The position numbers were made by a program, and so were the translations under genes. A stretch of DNA of 64,000 bases from Pecten maximus (Eukaryota), in NCBI RefSeq assembly GCF_902652985.1, contig NC_047023.1, positions 12,710,001 through 12,774,000 on the forward strand. The letters are read 5' to 3'. Position 1 is the first letter of the stretch, and each line of letters begins with the position of its first letter. Below, in pieces: positions 39,437 to 54,538 of this stretch. The notes beneath the pieces were generated by a model. The model searched no databases. It worked only from the letters and a program-made list of their open reading frames with translations, and was not told the origin of the DNA.

Positions 39437-40342
39437 TATAAAAGCTTTTTACGCGCCTGGTGATGAATAGATTACACATGTCTTTGGTTGATGTACAAAG
39501 ATCATAAAAATAAAGTAACATTTGCTATGAGGATTATATGCTCCCTTGCTGTTTGAATAGGGAAAAAAACATTCACTTAAAGACAAGAATGTCTATTTAT
39601 ATCCATGATTAGTCAATGTTTGTAGTATATATCTAGTAATACTGATATACTTTTTACGAGTATGAAGCGGCGTGTTTGTCGATGGTGGTTAAATGGTAAA
39701 TGTTGAATTGAAAAATTACGGGCTATTAAAGTTAAGTGTAGCAATGTTGTGTTGATTGGATTAAGTATTCCACAAAAGACACACAAGGAATTCGTAAATT
39801 CCAGATCAAATAGAGAGCTAAATACGGTACAGCCAAAACTGCACCAGGTACCTGTTTCGAGAAGTTTGTATAGGTTATGCAATGCATGGTGTTATGGAAA
39901 TGACAACTGCGTAGCTCATTAAAAATTTAGATAGCGTTAAAGACGGGCCACTGAGTGTCTGTCTTCCAGCGTCTGCCGTCGAATTCATGCCAGCATATCT
40001 GTTAGAAAGATGGGTACATTCTCGATAATAATCACAATAAGTACAATGTTGTAGTTAATGGATATTACACTGCCAAAAGAGTTAAAAATACAACAAATTA
40101 ACCTTAAAATAGCATATACTCGTACATGAAATGATGTGTCTAGCTTGCAAATATGTGATGGATTTTTCGAACGTACCAAAAACCGTCACCATAGTTAATG
40201 AAATTCATCCTTGATGCGTTCATATGGCATACAAAATTCACATGATAACCAAACCATAATTCTAACCCAAAGTCAGTAAAACGAGGGCGAAATATGAAGA
40301 AAGAATATATATTTGCATGGAGACCTTTAACAATATACAAGG

Positions 40343-40403
40343 AGATCAGACCAGGTGTTTCGGAAAGGTAAGCGTCTTCTGTTCCATAGACGATACCCGC
40401 AAT
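40343..40403 (-). repeat. Dispersed repeat motif, possibly from Penelope-like elements; related copies at ~38731-38780 (+) and ~55911-55951 (-)
   Basis: Shared GCGGGTRTCGTC.ATG and CAGAAGACGCTTACC blocks between copies; family assignment is from recollection only. Confidence 0.45.
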
Positions 40404-40749
40404 ATACATCTAGGCCAAATCTGGATAAAGTCATATTCTCAAAGTGTGAACTAGGGTGGTGTCAATGAGCACACTAAGCCTACCAACAAGCAACGCAGAA
40501 GCCTGACTTTATATCACATAAGGAAATAGAAAAGTTTTAAAGGAGATCATGATATCGACCTTAACACTTTCACATTGTCTTCATTAAGTTTCATCTCTGA
40601 AAATCTTTTGTTAGTTTTTACGTCAGTAGTTGACATTTGTCTAGAAAATCGTGATATATATGTTATATGTTCAGTAAGAAAGCAGTTTGTGTCCACGTGC
40701 AGTTGGTAAATATAGAAAAAAAAATTGAAAAAAAAGAATAAAAAAAAAG

Positions 40750-40868
40750 TTCTACGACCAAGTTACAAGCAGCTTTAGCCATATTTTCGGGCTCATCAGG
40801 TAAGAAAAAGTATTCTTACCCCAAGATCACGGGAAAGGGCAAAATCTGCCTGTAAGTTGGTCGTCGAA
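40750..40868. repeat. Imperfect ~120-bp palindrome (foldback)
   Basis: ACGACCAAGTTACAAGCAG pairs with CTGCCTGTAAGTTGGTCGT; central hairpin GGTAAGAA-AAAGTA-TTCTTACC. Confidence 0.8.
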
Positions 40869-43800
40869 GTATTTCTTTACCATGTGATGTTTATATGCTA
40901 TATTATTGATCTTGATGCACAGGAGGTGTCACATATCATTAGTCGATTGATTAAGGATATGTATTAGCTGTTTTCAGAAATTCTGAGATGCATGTAAATG
41001 ATTCCACCAATGCTTCGATATATTTCAAAATAGTATTGCATTGTAAGCCAATAATTATCTCCCCATTTTCAGTGTCTTATCAAAAATCAAATGCATGTAT
41101 TCATAATTACAGTCTGTACTTAAGAAATTTGAATTGAGAGTTTAAGAACGATTTAGTAATATAGAAATTTGCATGCATGCTCACGCATGTGCGTGTTAGA
41201 ATATTTCTCTGTGAGTGTGGGTGTTAATATTACATGAAATGTGTTACCGGCTCCTACGAAAGTAAGCATTAATATTAAGTACAAAATTACTATAACATCT
41301 TCGTTGAAAGTGTTGCGTCGACCTTTCATTAGTATTAATTTCGTGTAAAAGATGTCCGTGTTTGTTCCATTGAGGATTTTATTAATCACTTTTGACGAGA
41401 AGGAAGGAAGTTTACGAGACCATTAAAAGGTTACGTCGATGTTGTTGTATCCAAGGCTGAATGGACATTTATGTTTAAGATTTATTCCTAACACTAGGGT
41501 TGCAAGAGCATTGGTCCTAGCCAGGAAGTCGTCACGACCTTGTTCTTTTGAAAACTGCAAATATTCCCGAATGGTGTGTTAGATTCTGGATCATTTAATG
41601 TTCTCGTTTCTTAATCGGGTGATATATATGTACACCCAAGAGAGTGATAGCTCTCTCAAGATAACACGTTTGATCCGACGTAGACATTTAGTATGCTTTC
41701 ATGAGGATATTTGGGTTGTAAGCGTTACAAGGTGTTGCTGCATTTGAAACTTGCAACATATCAACATGATGATTATTTTCGAAATCATGATATCCCTTGT
41801 GAACTGAAACGTTGTTGGTTACATTTCGATTGTTCCTCAAGGAAATGTAATTATTCAGTTAAACAATTAATTTATATAAGTTAGGTTTATCTACCGATGA
41901 TGGTAGACACAATTTAGGGAAACGAGAAATGGGTTTTTCCTTTTCCATGTTTCTTCATCCAAGATGTTTATACTACACCAAACTATTTTGTCGTGTCCGC
42001 GGAGAACATGATGACATTGCTAGTGGGTGGGCATGTATTTTGATAATATGCTTTTGCGCGGTAGAAATTTGACAATAACGGATCAATCATGCCTATACCT
42101 CACTTTATATATGTAGTTAGTAGAACATTATACCAGGCCATAATGTCATATTAATACATATATAAATCGTATATATAGTATGCTTGTAAATCGGAATTGA
42201 AGTTAGGAAAGCTAGATTTTTCAGACGGAGACATCTTTTCAGCGTTGTGCCACTGCGTGATTATAGTGTATAGGGAGCCCGTACATCAGTGTGTTATACA
42301 ATGATACGTACCCCTGTACTGTTCTGTGTTAATGTCTTTCTAAAGTACATATGAAGCTACTGGTAATGTATCTTAGCCACGGTTTTCATCTCTATCCAAA
42401 TCCTAATGACAGGAAAATGAGCGAAAGTTCTGCTTGCGCTGTTTCCCTCTTATTCTGACATTTATGTTCATTTCACACAGGTGCTTCAGCTCCTTGTACA
42501 TGTTACGCTTCCATAGGAGATAAGCCCTTTAGTGAACACGATTGAGTCTGAGATTATAGTCCATATAAAGAGGATATTTATTTCCGGATTATCTGTGAGA
42601 AAACGACAAAAGCATATCTGGTTAACCATCAGACCGGAAAAAATAAAGAACAGTAACTGGCTTCTACTAGATATACAGAATGGGACTTGGAATGGTTGCC
42701 TTATAAGACGCTGGGCGTCATTCGACCTTAATAAGTGTTTTATCCAGCATGAACATGTAAAACGAAACACCAGCTAAGTTATTAACTGATTAGAGATATA
42801 TTGACTGAATTTTATCATTGCCATTTAAGATAAAAGAAGCAGCAGGCTTTTATTTTGATCACACACGCTTCCCTCCATATAGAAATATGTATTTATCTCC
42901 CTTAATCAGTTTATGTTGGTTTCTGTACAATTGACAATGGGACATCTTTAGCTATTGTCTTGACGTTCAAGGGTCTACAAATAATGATAACAAAACATGA
43001 ACCAACTAGTAAGTATGAAACTCTTTATTTTTTATAGATATGATTTCGCTTACCACCTGTCATGACGAGGATGTACATATTGTACAAAGACACAGAAGTG
43101 AGAAGAAACTTTAATCATTCAAATATTAAACCATTGTCAATTTGATGAATTATCATACCTATTGGATTTAGTTCTGATTTTGATTTGGGGTAAAATACAA
43201 TCATAATCAGGATTTGCTTGTCTTTGATTATATTTTCAATGCAAATTCAAGAGATAATCACAGAAATTGTTCTCTTCGTTCAAACACTGTATGTTCGTTT
43301 TTCTTCCAAATATAGTTTTGTTTTTTCAGCAGCTGATGTGATAACTAATTAAGTATAAGCCGGAAACCATGACGGAGAACATTTTTGATCATTTAAAAAA
43401 AAAAAAAAAATTTCAAGCTGAGACTTCAAAAAAAAAAAAAAAAAAAAAAACAACTAACAAACACGTTTTCAACATGTATATTGTAGTTCTAAAAAGGTTA
43501 AACAGAGCTTCCCGTTCTGCTGCCAATTTTACAGAGACTTCACCCATCAGATACATTCCCATTAGCAAGCCCCCTAAATTTCTGTTGTTTGATATGAGAC
43601 TGAAAGGAAAGTTCCTTATCAAATATGAAACCTTAAATTAAAAGTGTATCCTGAACAAAAATATGTTATAAATTCTATTCGATTTGTTCATAAAAAAAAC
43701 AACAAAAAAACAAACAAACAAAAAACGGAAACTGTATCAAATTCGGTTCATCCAGCATCGATCTCTGAAGTTCGCGATTTGTACCGGTCGATCCAACGCT

Positions 43801-46800
43801 ATATAGCAACTGGTCCGCTGCTATTACGCATACTTGTCACTTCCGGCGAATACTAGCATTTTTGTCTGTGACGTCAAGAACACCCATCACGGAAGCCATT
43901 GTAGTAGGAAGTGCTAGTTGCACAGGGTCAGATTACGAATTTAACACTTTCGAAACGGATGATATATCCATACCGAAATTTATATCATAATGATAACATA
44001 GCGTATAGATAGATTTCATCTGTGAGTGTTCCAAAGCTGAATTTGCAAAACCTTTGGAATGTTGAGATATTCTGCGGCCGTATTTGCGTTTTTTTCTGCC
44101 GCTATGATATTGCATTTTCAATCAAGAACAAAATCGATTTGTATCCCTGAAAACAATAGTAATCTTATTGGACATCACCGAAAGATTGATGACATTTTAT
44201 GTTTGAATTAAAAAAGTAATTCTACAATTTCTATCATGAAATATTTTGTAATTTGTTTTACGAAATGATCAAGGGAATAGAAATGTTGGAAATTACTCTT
44301 TCTCTTAAATTACAGTCTGCCTTGATGTCGGCAAAGAATACTTCTGAATAATGGATTCGAGGGAGCGGGAAAATATTGAAAATCAAGAAATAAAAAATAG
44401 GTTTACAATCAAGTTTTAATGTCATCACAAGTTGAATAACCGACTTTTAGTTCGATTTCTGTATTTCATCTTTTTCTTAATGATAGAAACATTGGTTTGG
44501 ACAATCGCAAAGGTGACTGCTTCAATATGACTTCTATAAACAATGGATAATGGTTTATACTGTATATCCCATTAACAAGCAACAAAGAATGAATTACGAT
44601 CGTAATATTTTGATAATTAAAATAGATATTGGAATCTGTATATTCACTGTCAAATTGAACCAAACGTCTATGTTTTTATGTGTGTGGGAGTGGAATAACA
44701 ATTCCGTATGCATTTACTCAAGTCAGACAGCACATCCTTAATGATTCAAAATTAATGATACTCCTGAAAATAAATAATTATGATCTTTCCATTTTGTATC
44801 ATATTATCGGTACTAAGTACTTATAATAACCTACTTCACAGTTGTTGTCTGCTTTTGAAAGAAATCGCTAAAATGAAAAAATTGAAACCATCACTAAATC
44901 TTCCTACTTTAATTTTATGGAGACCTGGCCCTTACATTCCATAAAACCTGAATCCACCATCCGTTCCTGCATTTATTTAGTAGCTTAACAGCTCAAAGGG
45001 GAAATGACTGGTGTTGTGAGATCGTGCCTGCCACCCTTCCGTCACAAACCTTTAAAATAATTGAATTATTGATTAAAAACCCCGCCCAGCAACATTGAGG
45101 GACATGTAAGTTACAACAGCGTAAAACGTTTTAATGCCGAGGAGAGATGGAGTCATGTAGTTGGCATGTAGTAGCAAATTTGAGATTGAGACCTAACATG
45201 TTTGTTGACATTCAAGGTAATTTCAAGGTAGTTAGAATGTGTCAAATGTCTTAAAATATCTAAACACGTTTCTTAATTATCAAGAGATCAAGGATATCCA
45301 TATTTGGCTTGCTCATGCAGTGATAACAGACTACCATCTTTCCTTAAAATAGTTACTTTAGTTTAATATCGATTACCAATTGACAATAACCCAAAATGAT
45401 GTTCATGATATCTTTGCAATTGTTTTGAAGCACACATTTTGCTTGATATCGACTTTCCTTTGAAAAGTTTTGATATTGCGTTTCATTTTTTATCTTAAAT
45501 TCTCAGTGATTGAACCAAATTATCTACAGTTTTAATGTAGAATATTTTGTTAAATTTTAAAGTGTGGGCTCATGATAATATATTCAATACTGAAATTATC
45601 TCTTTCCGTTTTTTATATTATCATCCTGTCTTATAAGGCTACATAGTAGTTAAATTTGTCACCAAACACTCTTTGTAGAATACTTGGGAACATCAGCGAC
45701 TGGTAAATATCAATTTCCGAAAATATCGCTTATGTGTTCACAATGATTTGGTAGACGTATAGTAGACGTCTTGATAGAGGGATACATTACATGATGAATA
45801 CCTTCAGGACAATTTCATTGCCTCTCCCCTTAATTTTGTGCTCAACTGCAATGCGGAAAAAATATACTTTTATTCACATTAAATAGACTCTATTCACCAA
45901 GTAGTTACCAAGACTTCAAGTATATTTACCTGTTATGAATTTCATATTCTGTTAAACTTAGCTATCTCGAACTGTGATAACTGAAATAAATCAAAGTAAA
46001 CATTTAGTTCTAATATAATCGAATACCTCGAATCCTTGGGAAGCTTCTTCCTGACGAGAAATTATTCAAATGAGGCTCCCATATACGTCTCTTTAATCCT
46101 ATAATGCAGTGCGAAAGCTGATGTTCTGATGTAAATAAAAACGGACAAACTAAAACATGCCACATAAAAATAGAAAAAAGATTATGACTCAGACTGCATC
46201 CCAAGATATTTTTGGGAGGAAATACTGATTGTGGAAAAGTCATCAAGCAAGAGACGGAGAAGTCTGATTCCACACATAGTGTATTTGCTACAAGGGTGAA
46301 CTCTATTTATTGTACGCTATGCATTGTCCTATATCGCGTCCTTATACCTGCACAATTAACTTGATTTTTTTTATTTCAATGAAGGCTTAATGAATGATTT
46401 TTTTTAATAAGATATAGACATTCTATCTGTGATAAAGCTTGTGTTGAAATGAAAATAAAACGCACAGTCCAGGTACTGGAATCTTTCCTGGGACCGCCGA
46501 CCAATTTTTATCCAAACCAATGTTAATGCGTCATTCGCTAACATAAAGCCTTCAGGCAGGGCTATTGATAGGAAAGTATTTCCTGGTCAAGCTGGACATT
46601 TGAGTGTCCAATAAAGTCAATGAAATAAGGAATGGACATCTGAGGGCAAAGTGTGTCTATGTGTGAAATTTGATATCTTATCTATAAACCTTTACGTATG
46701 CGATGACCACCTTTAATTTTAACTGTGTTTATTTGTCAATTTCCATTTAACAATATATATACAACATATAAATGATACAAAAAAGGAATAGGAAACAAGT

Positions 46801-47020
46801 GTCAGGACACTTATATAATTGTTTTCCTATGACCACATTTAATATAGAAACTATGCATTAAGTCATTAAGAAACCTTGCTATCACTTTCTGGAAATGACA
46901 TAGTGCCCTTGCTTATTGTTATGCCAACAAAGTATTAAGTATATACATAGAGTAATAAAACAGAGCTTTAATATTTAAACGATTACTTGTATGTTTATAT
47001 CCCGTACAAGCATGACAATA

Positions 47021-47194
47021 ATGGTCGTTAAAAGTATGACATCACATACTGACTTGTTTTCTTGTAAAGTTCATCACCCTGTGAACAGCCATGATTTTTA
47101 AAAATATGCCATCACATAATGACTTGTTTGTTTGTAGTGTTTATCAGCCCGTGAACAGCCTGGGTCGTTAAATGTATGACATCACATACTCACT
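47021..47194. repeat. 70-bp tandem repeat, ~2.5 copies
   Basis: Units begin at 47021, 47091, 47161 (GGTCGTTAAA.GTATGACATCACATACT ... GTGAACAGCC). Confidence 0.8.
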
Positions 47195-49310
47195 ATTGTT
47201 GTGTTTACTGAGAATGCTACATAGCAACAAATGTAGTTAAGTATCATGAGGATTCCAGAATGAAATCGGCTAATGCTAAATTTATGTGTTGTGTCTGTAT
47301 TTCGCTTTATTTTCATGAATACCTAATATTCATAGTTAATACGACAACACACAGTGTTAAACAACATCCAAACTTATGTGATTTTTTTCTTCTTAAAAAG
47401 TCAGTCACTTTCTCCTGCGTGATGAAGACGAAGAACTCTGCAAAGCCTATAATACCCTCGGGTAAAATATCTGTCTACATCACACAATAGTGATATGTTC
47501 TGTTAATCTAGCCACCGACGCTGAACAACTTCTTAGCTCGCACGAATGGCAAATGCTGTATTTCACTGCATATTGTCAGGACAAGGTACACAGAGAACTT
47601 GTGAATTCGAAGTGATCAAATTGATCAGTGTCCATTTTGATGAAACGGAACGAATGAAGATATCAATTTAAGATTGAGCTTAGGGAAATAACAGTTTTAG
47701 ACGTTTATTTGAACTCGCATCTTTGTGATTGTAACATAACGAACATTTTATTACTTTGATTATTTCCTTGATAGCAATATGATTAAATTGAGGCGGGTTT
47801 GACTATGGAAATATTGCTTTTAAACATCTGTATCAAAATGATCATCCTACTGTCAAACCAATCAATTTTCATACATTGATATAACCCAACTATAATGTTA
47901 AAATCTCAAAATACAATTGAATGGTATTGCTGTATTACTGCATGTCTTATAGGGCACGGACTATGGTGACTAGAAGCTTCCAACAATTTCCTAATCGTAA
48001 CTTTACAGTTAAACATTGGTTCAGATAATTAGTAATAAAGACACGTGTGAATAGCAAAAAGATGTGTTATTAAGTAGATGATGATTTCCGTTATACTCTA
48101 AATGGTTAATATCAAAAGCTTAAAATCACATTTAAAGATGCCTATACATTGTCCATTCACCACAGTTAGGTTATTGCTCGTTATAGTAACTCTGGCTGAG
48201 AGATAACAACACCACTCGTCTGTCAGTTTGGGCCAGAACAACCATTATTCATTTCTGTGCCCGAATTTTGACGTATAGTCAGTTTGACAAAAGCCTCGTC
48301 AAAACAATGATTATATATAAAATATTATATATAAACCTATTCTGCAAAACAATGCTGTTTTAGACACAATGTAAGTCCTGTCCATACATTGTAGTTATAT
48401 TGCCATCAAATGGCTTGCTATTGTGAATGAGGTTATGGGTTCTCATCCATTCTTAAGAGTGGGCAACATTTTGATTTTTGCTGAAAAGTGTCTTAGTAGC
48501 GATTTGTGGCTCCCCTCTGAGACCAGCTGACATTGTTTTGAGCAAATTGAATTATTTGCTTTTAGTTTTTATGGAATACAATTACAATGTGTTGAATGTT
48601 TTGGCTATTTTTATTGTTATTGGTAGTTTTGATTGATTTTCAGAGTCATGAAAATGACTCAAGTGTATATAGAATAATTTAATGTCACCATTTTGGTGGC
48701 CATTTTCTTTCAAAAACCTGTTGTTCGATTTATCTCGTAAGTAGTCTAGAGCATAAACACATCTATTGCTGTCGGCTTGATGATCATGTTCTTATACCAC
48801 CTATGTGTTTTGGACATTCCTTGCAGGTTTTAGAAGTTTTGTCATCTTCAGATGCGTTACATTGAGGTACATTACTGGTTCGTCTCCTGACAGTTGACCA
48901 GCAGTAGGGTCACCCTACCGTTTGAATGTCTAGCATTTCATAATGATAGAATGTGAAAACGTCTGTCTCCGTGTGATGACATTGAAATATACCAACCACA
49001 CCCACCTGTCAGCATATTGGTATTTAAGCTTTGTATATTACATAGATGTTTAGTAATGATGGTACATTTAGTTAATTGATAAAAAAGCTACGGGGAAAAT
49101 GGGCGCACATCGCAGCCGTTTGACATTTGAGAGCGATAGTTTGATAGCAATCATCTCATTTCTTGCAACGCAGATATGGCATAGGAGAGTGAGAGATACG
49201 TCCAGTCACTTTTACACTGATACATCAGCCGATACAAAACTACAAGATATCGGATATCTGTATAAAAAAACAACTTAACACAACTCACAAAAGATTAAGG
49301 TTTTGTAATA

Positions 49311-49528
49311 TTTCGTTTGTTTTTTGTTTAACGTCCTATTAACAGCCAGGGTCATTTAAGGACATGCCAGGTTTGGAGGTGGAGAAAAGCCGGAGTACCG
49401 GAGAAAAACCACCGGCCTACGGTCAGTACCTGGCAACTGCCCCACGTAGGTTTCGAACTCGCAACCCAGAGGTGGAGGGCTAGCGTTAAAGTGTCGGGAC
49501 ACCTAAACCACTCGGCCACCGCGGCCCC
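49311..49528 (-). mobile_element. Full-length tRNA-derived V-domain SINE (family A)
   Basis: Minus strand: A box TGGCCGAGTGG, B box GTTCGAAAC, V-like core GGTTTTTCTCCGGTACTCCGGCTTT, A/C-rich tail; TSD TTTTGTAATA (49301-49310) / TTTTGTTATA (49529-49538). Confidence 0.92.
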
Positions 49529-52500
49529 TTTTGTTATAGTCCTGGTAACTATAAAATATTGTCCATGATATAACAGGCACTTATATTTAACATAGACTGT
49601 AATGAAGCTAACGGGATAGCTAGCTACTTCTTTTTAACTCATTATTTTTTTCTCTCTCCTCACGTAGATGTCAGGTTTGTCTTTTTATTGATCCCGACGA
49701 CTACTTACGCCTTTCGGTCAGTCACATTGTTAGCTTTGCACTGCCCCATTATGTCCAATCAACGTCCGATTTCGTCTGCTGTGCGGCAATTATTTTTTGT
49801 TTTAGCATACAACGCCGGAACTTTGATATTTAGGAAGGGTTTCTATTTGAACTGAGCTCGTATCCTACCGAGACCTGTCAGTTAACTATTAATGACGAAT
49901 AACGGGTTTTCGTTGATATTCTACTTGTCATACTCTGGCATCAATCAAATAACTTTCTGCAATTCAAATTGCTGTGCTGCGATATCGAATGATGTTTCCG
50001 TTTTTGTTTTGCAACTAAAGATTGATCATTACATTTGAAAGGATCTCCTACAGGAACAATAGAAATTTGCCGACTTTCAAATTTAACCAAAACCAGGAGC
50101 TATTTGTAAGAATTTGTTCGTGTTAAATGATTTAAAGCCAAGATAATTTATTTTCAAATCTGTTCATATACTTATCGGTTAAGGGTGATATGGATTTTGA
50201 GCTCAACAATATGTATAGATTTTGTGAAATAATTGAATTATGCAATGTCACAAAATAACACTTTAGATACATTCGGTCTTACTTCAAGGTGGAAATAATG
50301 CAAACTTTGTTAGAGATGCAGACACCGATTCGATGTTTGTTATTGGATAGAATCGTCTTCTAAAGTAGATTACTTTCATGGTGTTAGATAAACTATAGCC
50401 GGTTTATACCGACATTTCACTGTGATGTTACCCCCCGCAAGACCTGGAAATACGTTCTAGCGTGATACAACAGATATGTTTGTTCGTTTGTTTGTGTCTT
50501 ATGATACGACTATACGACTAGGATGTCATAAACAGGCTATAACAACACGTGTCATGTACTGAAGACAGCAGATGCTGAAACTCTTGTTTTACGCAGTTTG
50601 TTGAAATTCACATGTACATGATTTAATACTATCGGCAGAAGACAAACCATCAGAATATATGCTCCGGTTACATTGCAACATGTTTGCCATATAATACTAC
50701 ATAAATATTGCATGCTACTTGGCAGTATGTGTGGCGTCCATACAGACATCTGATTTCCAGGATGTGGTTTCATATATTGATGTCAAAAAGTACAAAACAT
50801 CAAGAAATAAAATAACAGGATGTAATCTTCTTGAATTATAATCATACGACAAAGAAATGTACAGAATTTTGACATTGCTTTATGATTAACATCACTAAAT
50901 GTTAAATCTACAAAAGAAAAGTGACAATCGAAATAGACAATACTAAACCTGCAATGCACTCCGATTGATACAATGGTACAGCGTAGTCAATCGATCAATA
51001 GTAAAATATATACATATGTCAAATCCAAAATGATAACGTCTCCCCACTATTTATGTCAAACACATGTCGTTATCCTTTACACAAACAGGTACTCGTACAG
51101 TATTTACAAATCACACTGTTTCTTCTTTCGTTTGTACGCGTTTACACCTTTGGATTCTGTATTAATTTACAAATGTTATCCGCGTGAATATAGTTATTGT
51201 GTTTGTTAAGGAATAAAATGCATCTGAACGTCACTACATTGTCAATAGATCAATTATATATGTTAAAGAATGATATTTTCTGTATAAAATAGAATCGACA
51301 CATGCAAAACAGAACCGTCATGATTCGTTTTGGTTCATGAGATGATCGGTGGCAGATAATATGGTGTTATTTACAGTTAAGAAAATCACTCGTAGATAAT
51401 TAATGAAAATACATATGTTTATCATTCTCTTGTGTTATAACATTTAGTATGTTTTCGAGCATGTAATCGTTAAGGGTAGTTAATGCTTTGTCCCAACAAT
51501 TTATTTTGTATTGGAACAAATTTTAAACAAATGAAAACGAGTACCATAGGTTTTTAATGGACATTGATGTGAAACTTTAACGCGACCAATTTTGAAAACA
51601 TCCGACACAAAAATAATCTACAAATATTTATAATGGGGAAACCAGCAGCGTTTCACAGGCTGGTTTTGTGGCGGAGTTTGGCAACCCCCACACAGGCTTT
51701 TGTTGTAATTGACTATCATTGTCATTTTTAGATGTTTATTTTTGGACGTTTTTTAATTATTGTGTTATGCTATGTTAATTTTGTATTGTTAATTTGTAAT
51801 ATGTTTAGAATTGATATTAAATGTCACCATATGCCATATATGGTGGCCATTTTCAATCTATACATTCTTTTTGTTGTCTGTGACAGGACCGAAGATGCAT
51901 AAATGCTTCTTTATAAAAGAAATGGTTCAATTTCGACATGCATACTATGCATATTTTTATTCCTCAAGCTCTAATCCAACTTTCTTATTCTGAATTTCAA
52001 TTCTGTCTGATATATTTAAAAAGCATAATGCATTTGTGCATACTTTGTTTTAGATTAATAATAATAGAATATATATCCATTAAAACAATCAAACGCATAA
52101 TAAATCAATTGTAACCAGAGTCTGTTCTCACTGAATAATATAGTAAAGTTTATACCTGTAAGTCCCTATATACATATCATTACAAATTTTCATGATTCAG
52201 AAATTTTCGGAGAAAAAATTCCATTTGATAATGAACAAAATTAAGCAAAGACCAAACCGTCCAAAACACAGTGGATAGTACTGTTATTAGTCTAAAGGAA
52301 CAAAGACTTATATGACCTAGCAGGTACCATGGATCTATTATTATCAGGCTTTGATTGTGGCAAGCATATAGTATGATCAATTGTGACTATCGCTGAAAGG
52401 TTATTATCAATCGTGCCTTGGCAAAGCACTTGTCTATAAACAAAACCATTAAACAATTAAAACACAATATGCCACTTTGATTTTAACTCGTTCATGAGGA

Positions 52501-54538
52501 ATTCCTTATAGTTTGAACTACCCTGCAGGACAACGTTAATGCAATTTGAATTCTTGCGTAATTCTTGCAATCACCAGGCTTTCAAAACATTTGTCCCAAA
52601 TGAAGTTTGTCAATGACAGGTTTTCTTTCAGGGAGTCATGTACTTCATATCTTAATGTTGTAATCTTGATTTTGTTAGCAACTATTTACTTTTCTTAAAA
52701 ACAACACCAACATAACCATGATCAGAATACTCATATAGTAGCGATATAGTCTATATTCAGATATTAACATTGTATCGATAATAACAATTTAGACAATATT
52801 ATTTACAATGAAAACGGCAAAATATCAGAGAACATCATTCAAAATCAAATATGTACATGTAAAGTTGATGAAGCACTCGCAGTAACATATACAGATAGAT
52901 ATCTTTCTTCTAATCTATCAAAACATGTACTTTTTGAGAACAAAACATGGTTGACATTTCATGGAGGACAAAGATAAAACAGGGAATAGCGTTTCACAGA
53001 GGTAGTCAATAAAAAACAAAAACAAAAAAATCTGAATGTATATGGATGTAAAAAACGATGATGGATGGGCAATTCTTACCAGCAGTTTACACTGTTCAAC
53101 AAACAAATCATGATTCGAGATGGCGAGTTGCTTGAAACACTGTAAATGTTATCAATGATAATTTACTGAAATACTGTTTTCCACTTGTTCTACACGTATA
53201 GGACGGTAAAACTTGTTACAATATTATTGTATATCAATACACATTGAAGTGTTAACCGCAATAATATTAAAATGTTCATTTCAAGTCAGAATTCATTCAT
53301 TCACAAAATACACTTCTCTTTTAATTATGAATTAAAAAAGCAATTTGTTGATAGCTACAAAACCAGGTCATACAATAGACAGGTTGAATGGAGCATTTAA
53401 AAAACACGCAAGTCTACATAAAATTAAATTAGCTGAATTCAAACTTAATTTTAGTCTTATCGCTTTCAATGTAGATTTGCAATCAACCCAACATGAATAT
53501 CTTTCCAATTCATGCAGAATACCTGCTACCAGAGGACATTTTGAAGGTTCAAATATGTATGTTAAGTACATTTAATGTAACTAAGCATGATATTTAATGG
53601 ATATTTATCTATCTTTAAAGTATAAGTAGATTGCTATAATGAGTTGCGCTTCGATTGTAAAAGGCGACCGCAGGACAATCAAAAAAAAAAAAAAAAAATA
53701 AATAAAAATGCGACGGTACGTTTGTATTTTCTACATTTTTTAATATCTGATGTATATTACAATTAAATTTGAATTGATTAAAATTATTAATTAACAGCAC
53801 TTTTGACGGCGAACTGTCCACGTAAAAGGGCATTTTTATGACTTTCGCAATCTATTCAATCAGTTTTCTATCTAATTAACTGTTATCGTATAATTATCAT
53901 GCAATGTAAACACATATCAATAACATACCGAAAATAAAACGTACAATTTTATAATGTATATATTTTTTTATATGATTCTTATGATTAAATTTTACTACAC
54001 TGATTGTTGACCATTGTTACACTACGAAAACATATGGAATAATAAACTATTCAACCTTCAACGGAAGTGTTTCCTTAACGTTTTTGTTTTCAAGTCGTAT
54101 AAAGTCTCAGTGAGTCTCGCACCATATGCAATGCAAATCAGGTGTAACTAAACCTTCAGTGCTCGTAACTTTACCTCCCAACAAATACTTATATGTTTAT
54201 ATGATACATATACAAACAGTATTGGCTCGGTAAACGTCGAAGGACATAACGGATGTAATTTGGTTGATCATGCCTCTCTGGCTTCGGATACATAATACTT
54301 TATACTAAATACATTACATATAGCCTAAAGCGTGTTTTCGTTCAAACATAGTTCCAATATGCCATACATGTATATATATAACCTTCAAAACATCATTTGT
54401 TATTTCAATTTCTCACTTTAATATAAGTATTTACATGTTCCCCAACACAATTCGGATTGATTAATAAAACAAAAAGTGTATTTGATGAAAGTTAAAGTCA
54501 ATAAAGTGGTTTAATATGATGAAAGAAACAAATTCATT

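Noticed and set aside
49440-49528. tRNA gene
   Set aside because: Head of a SINE, continuous with V core, tail and TSD.
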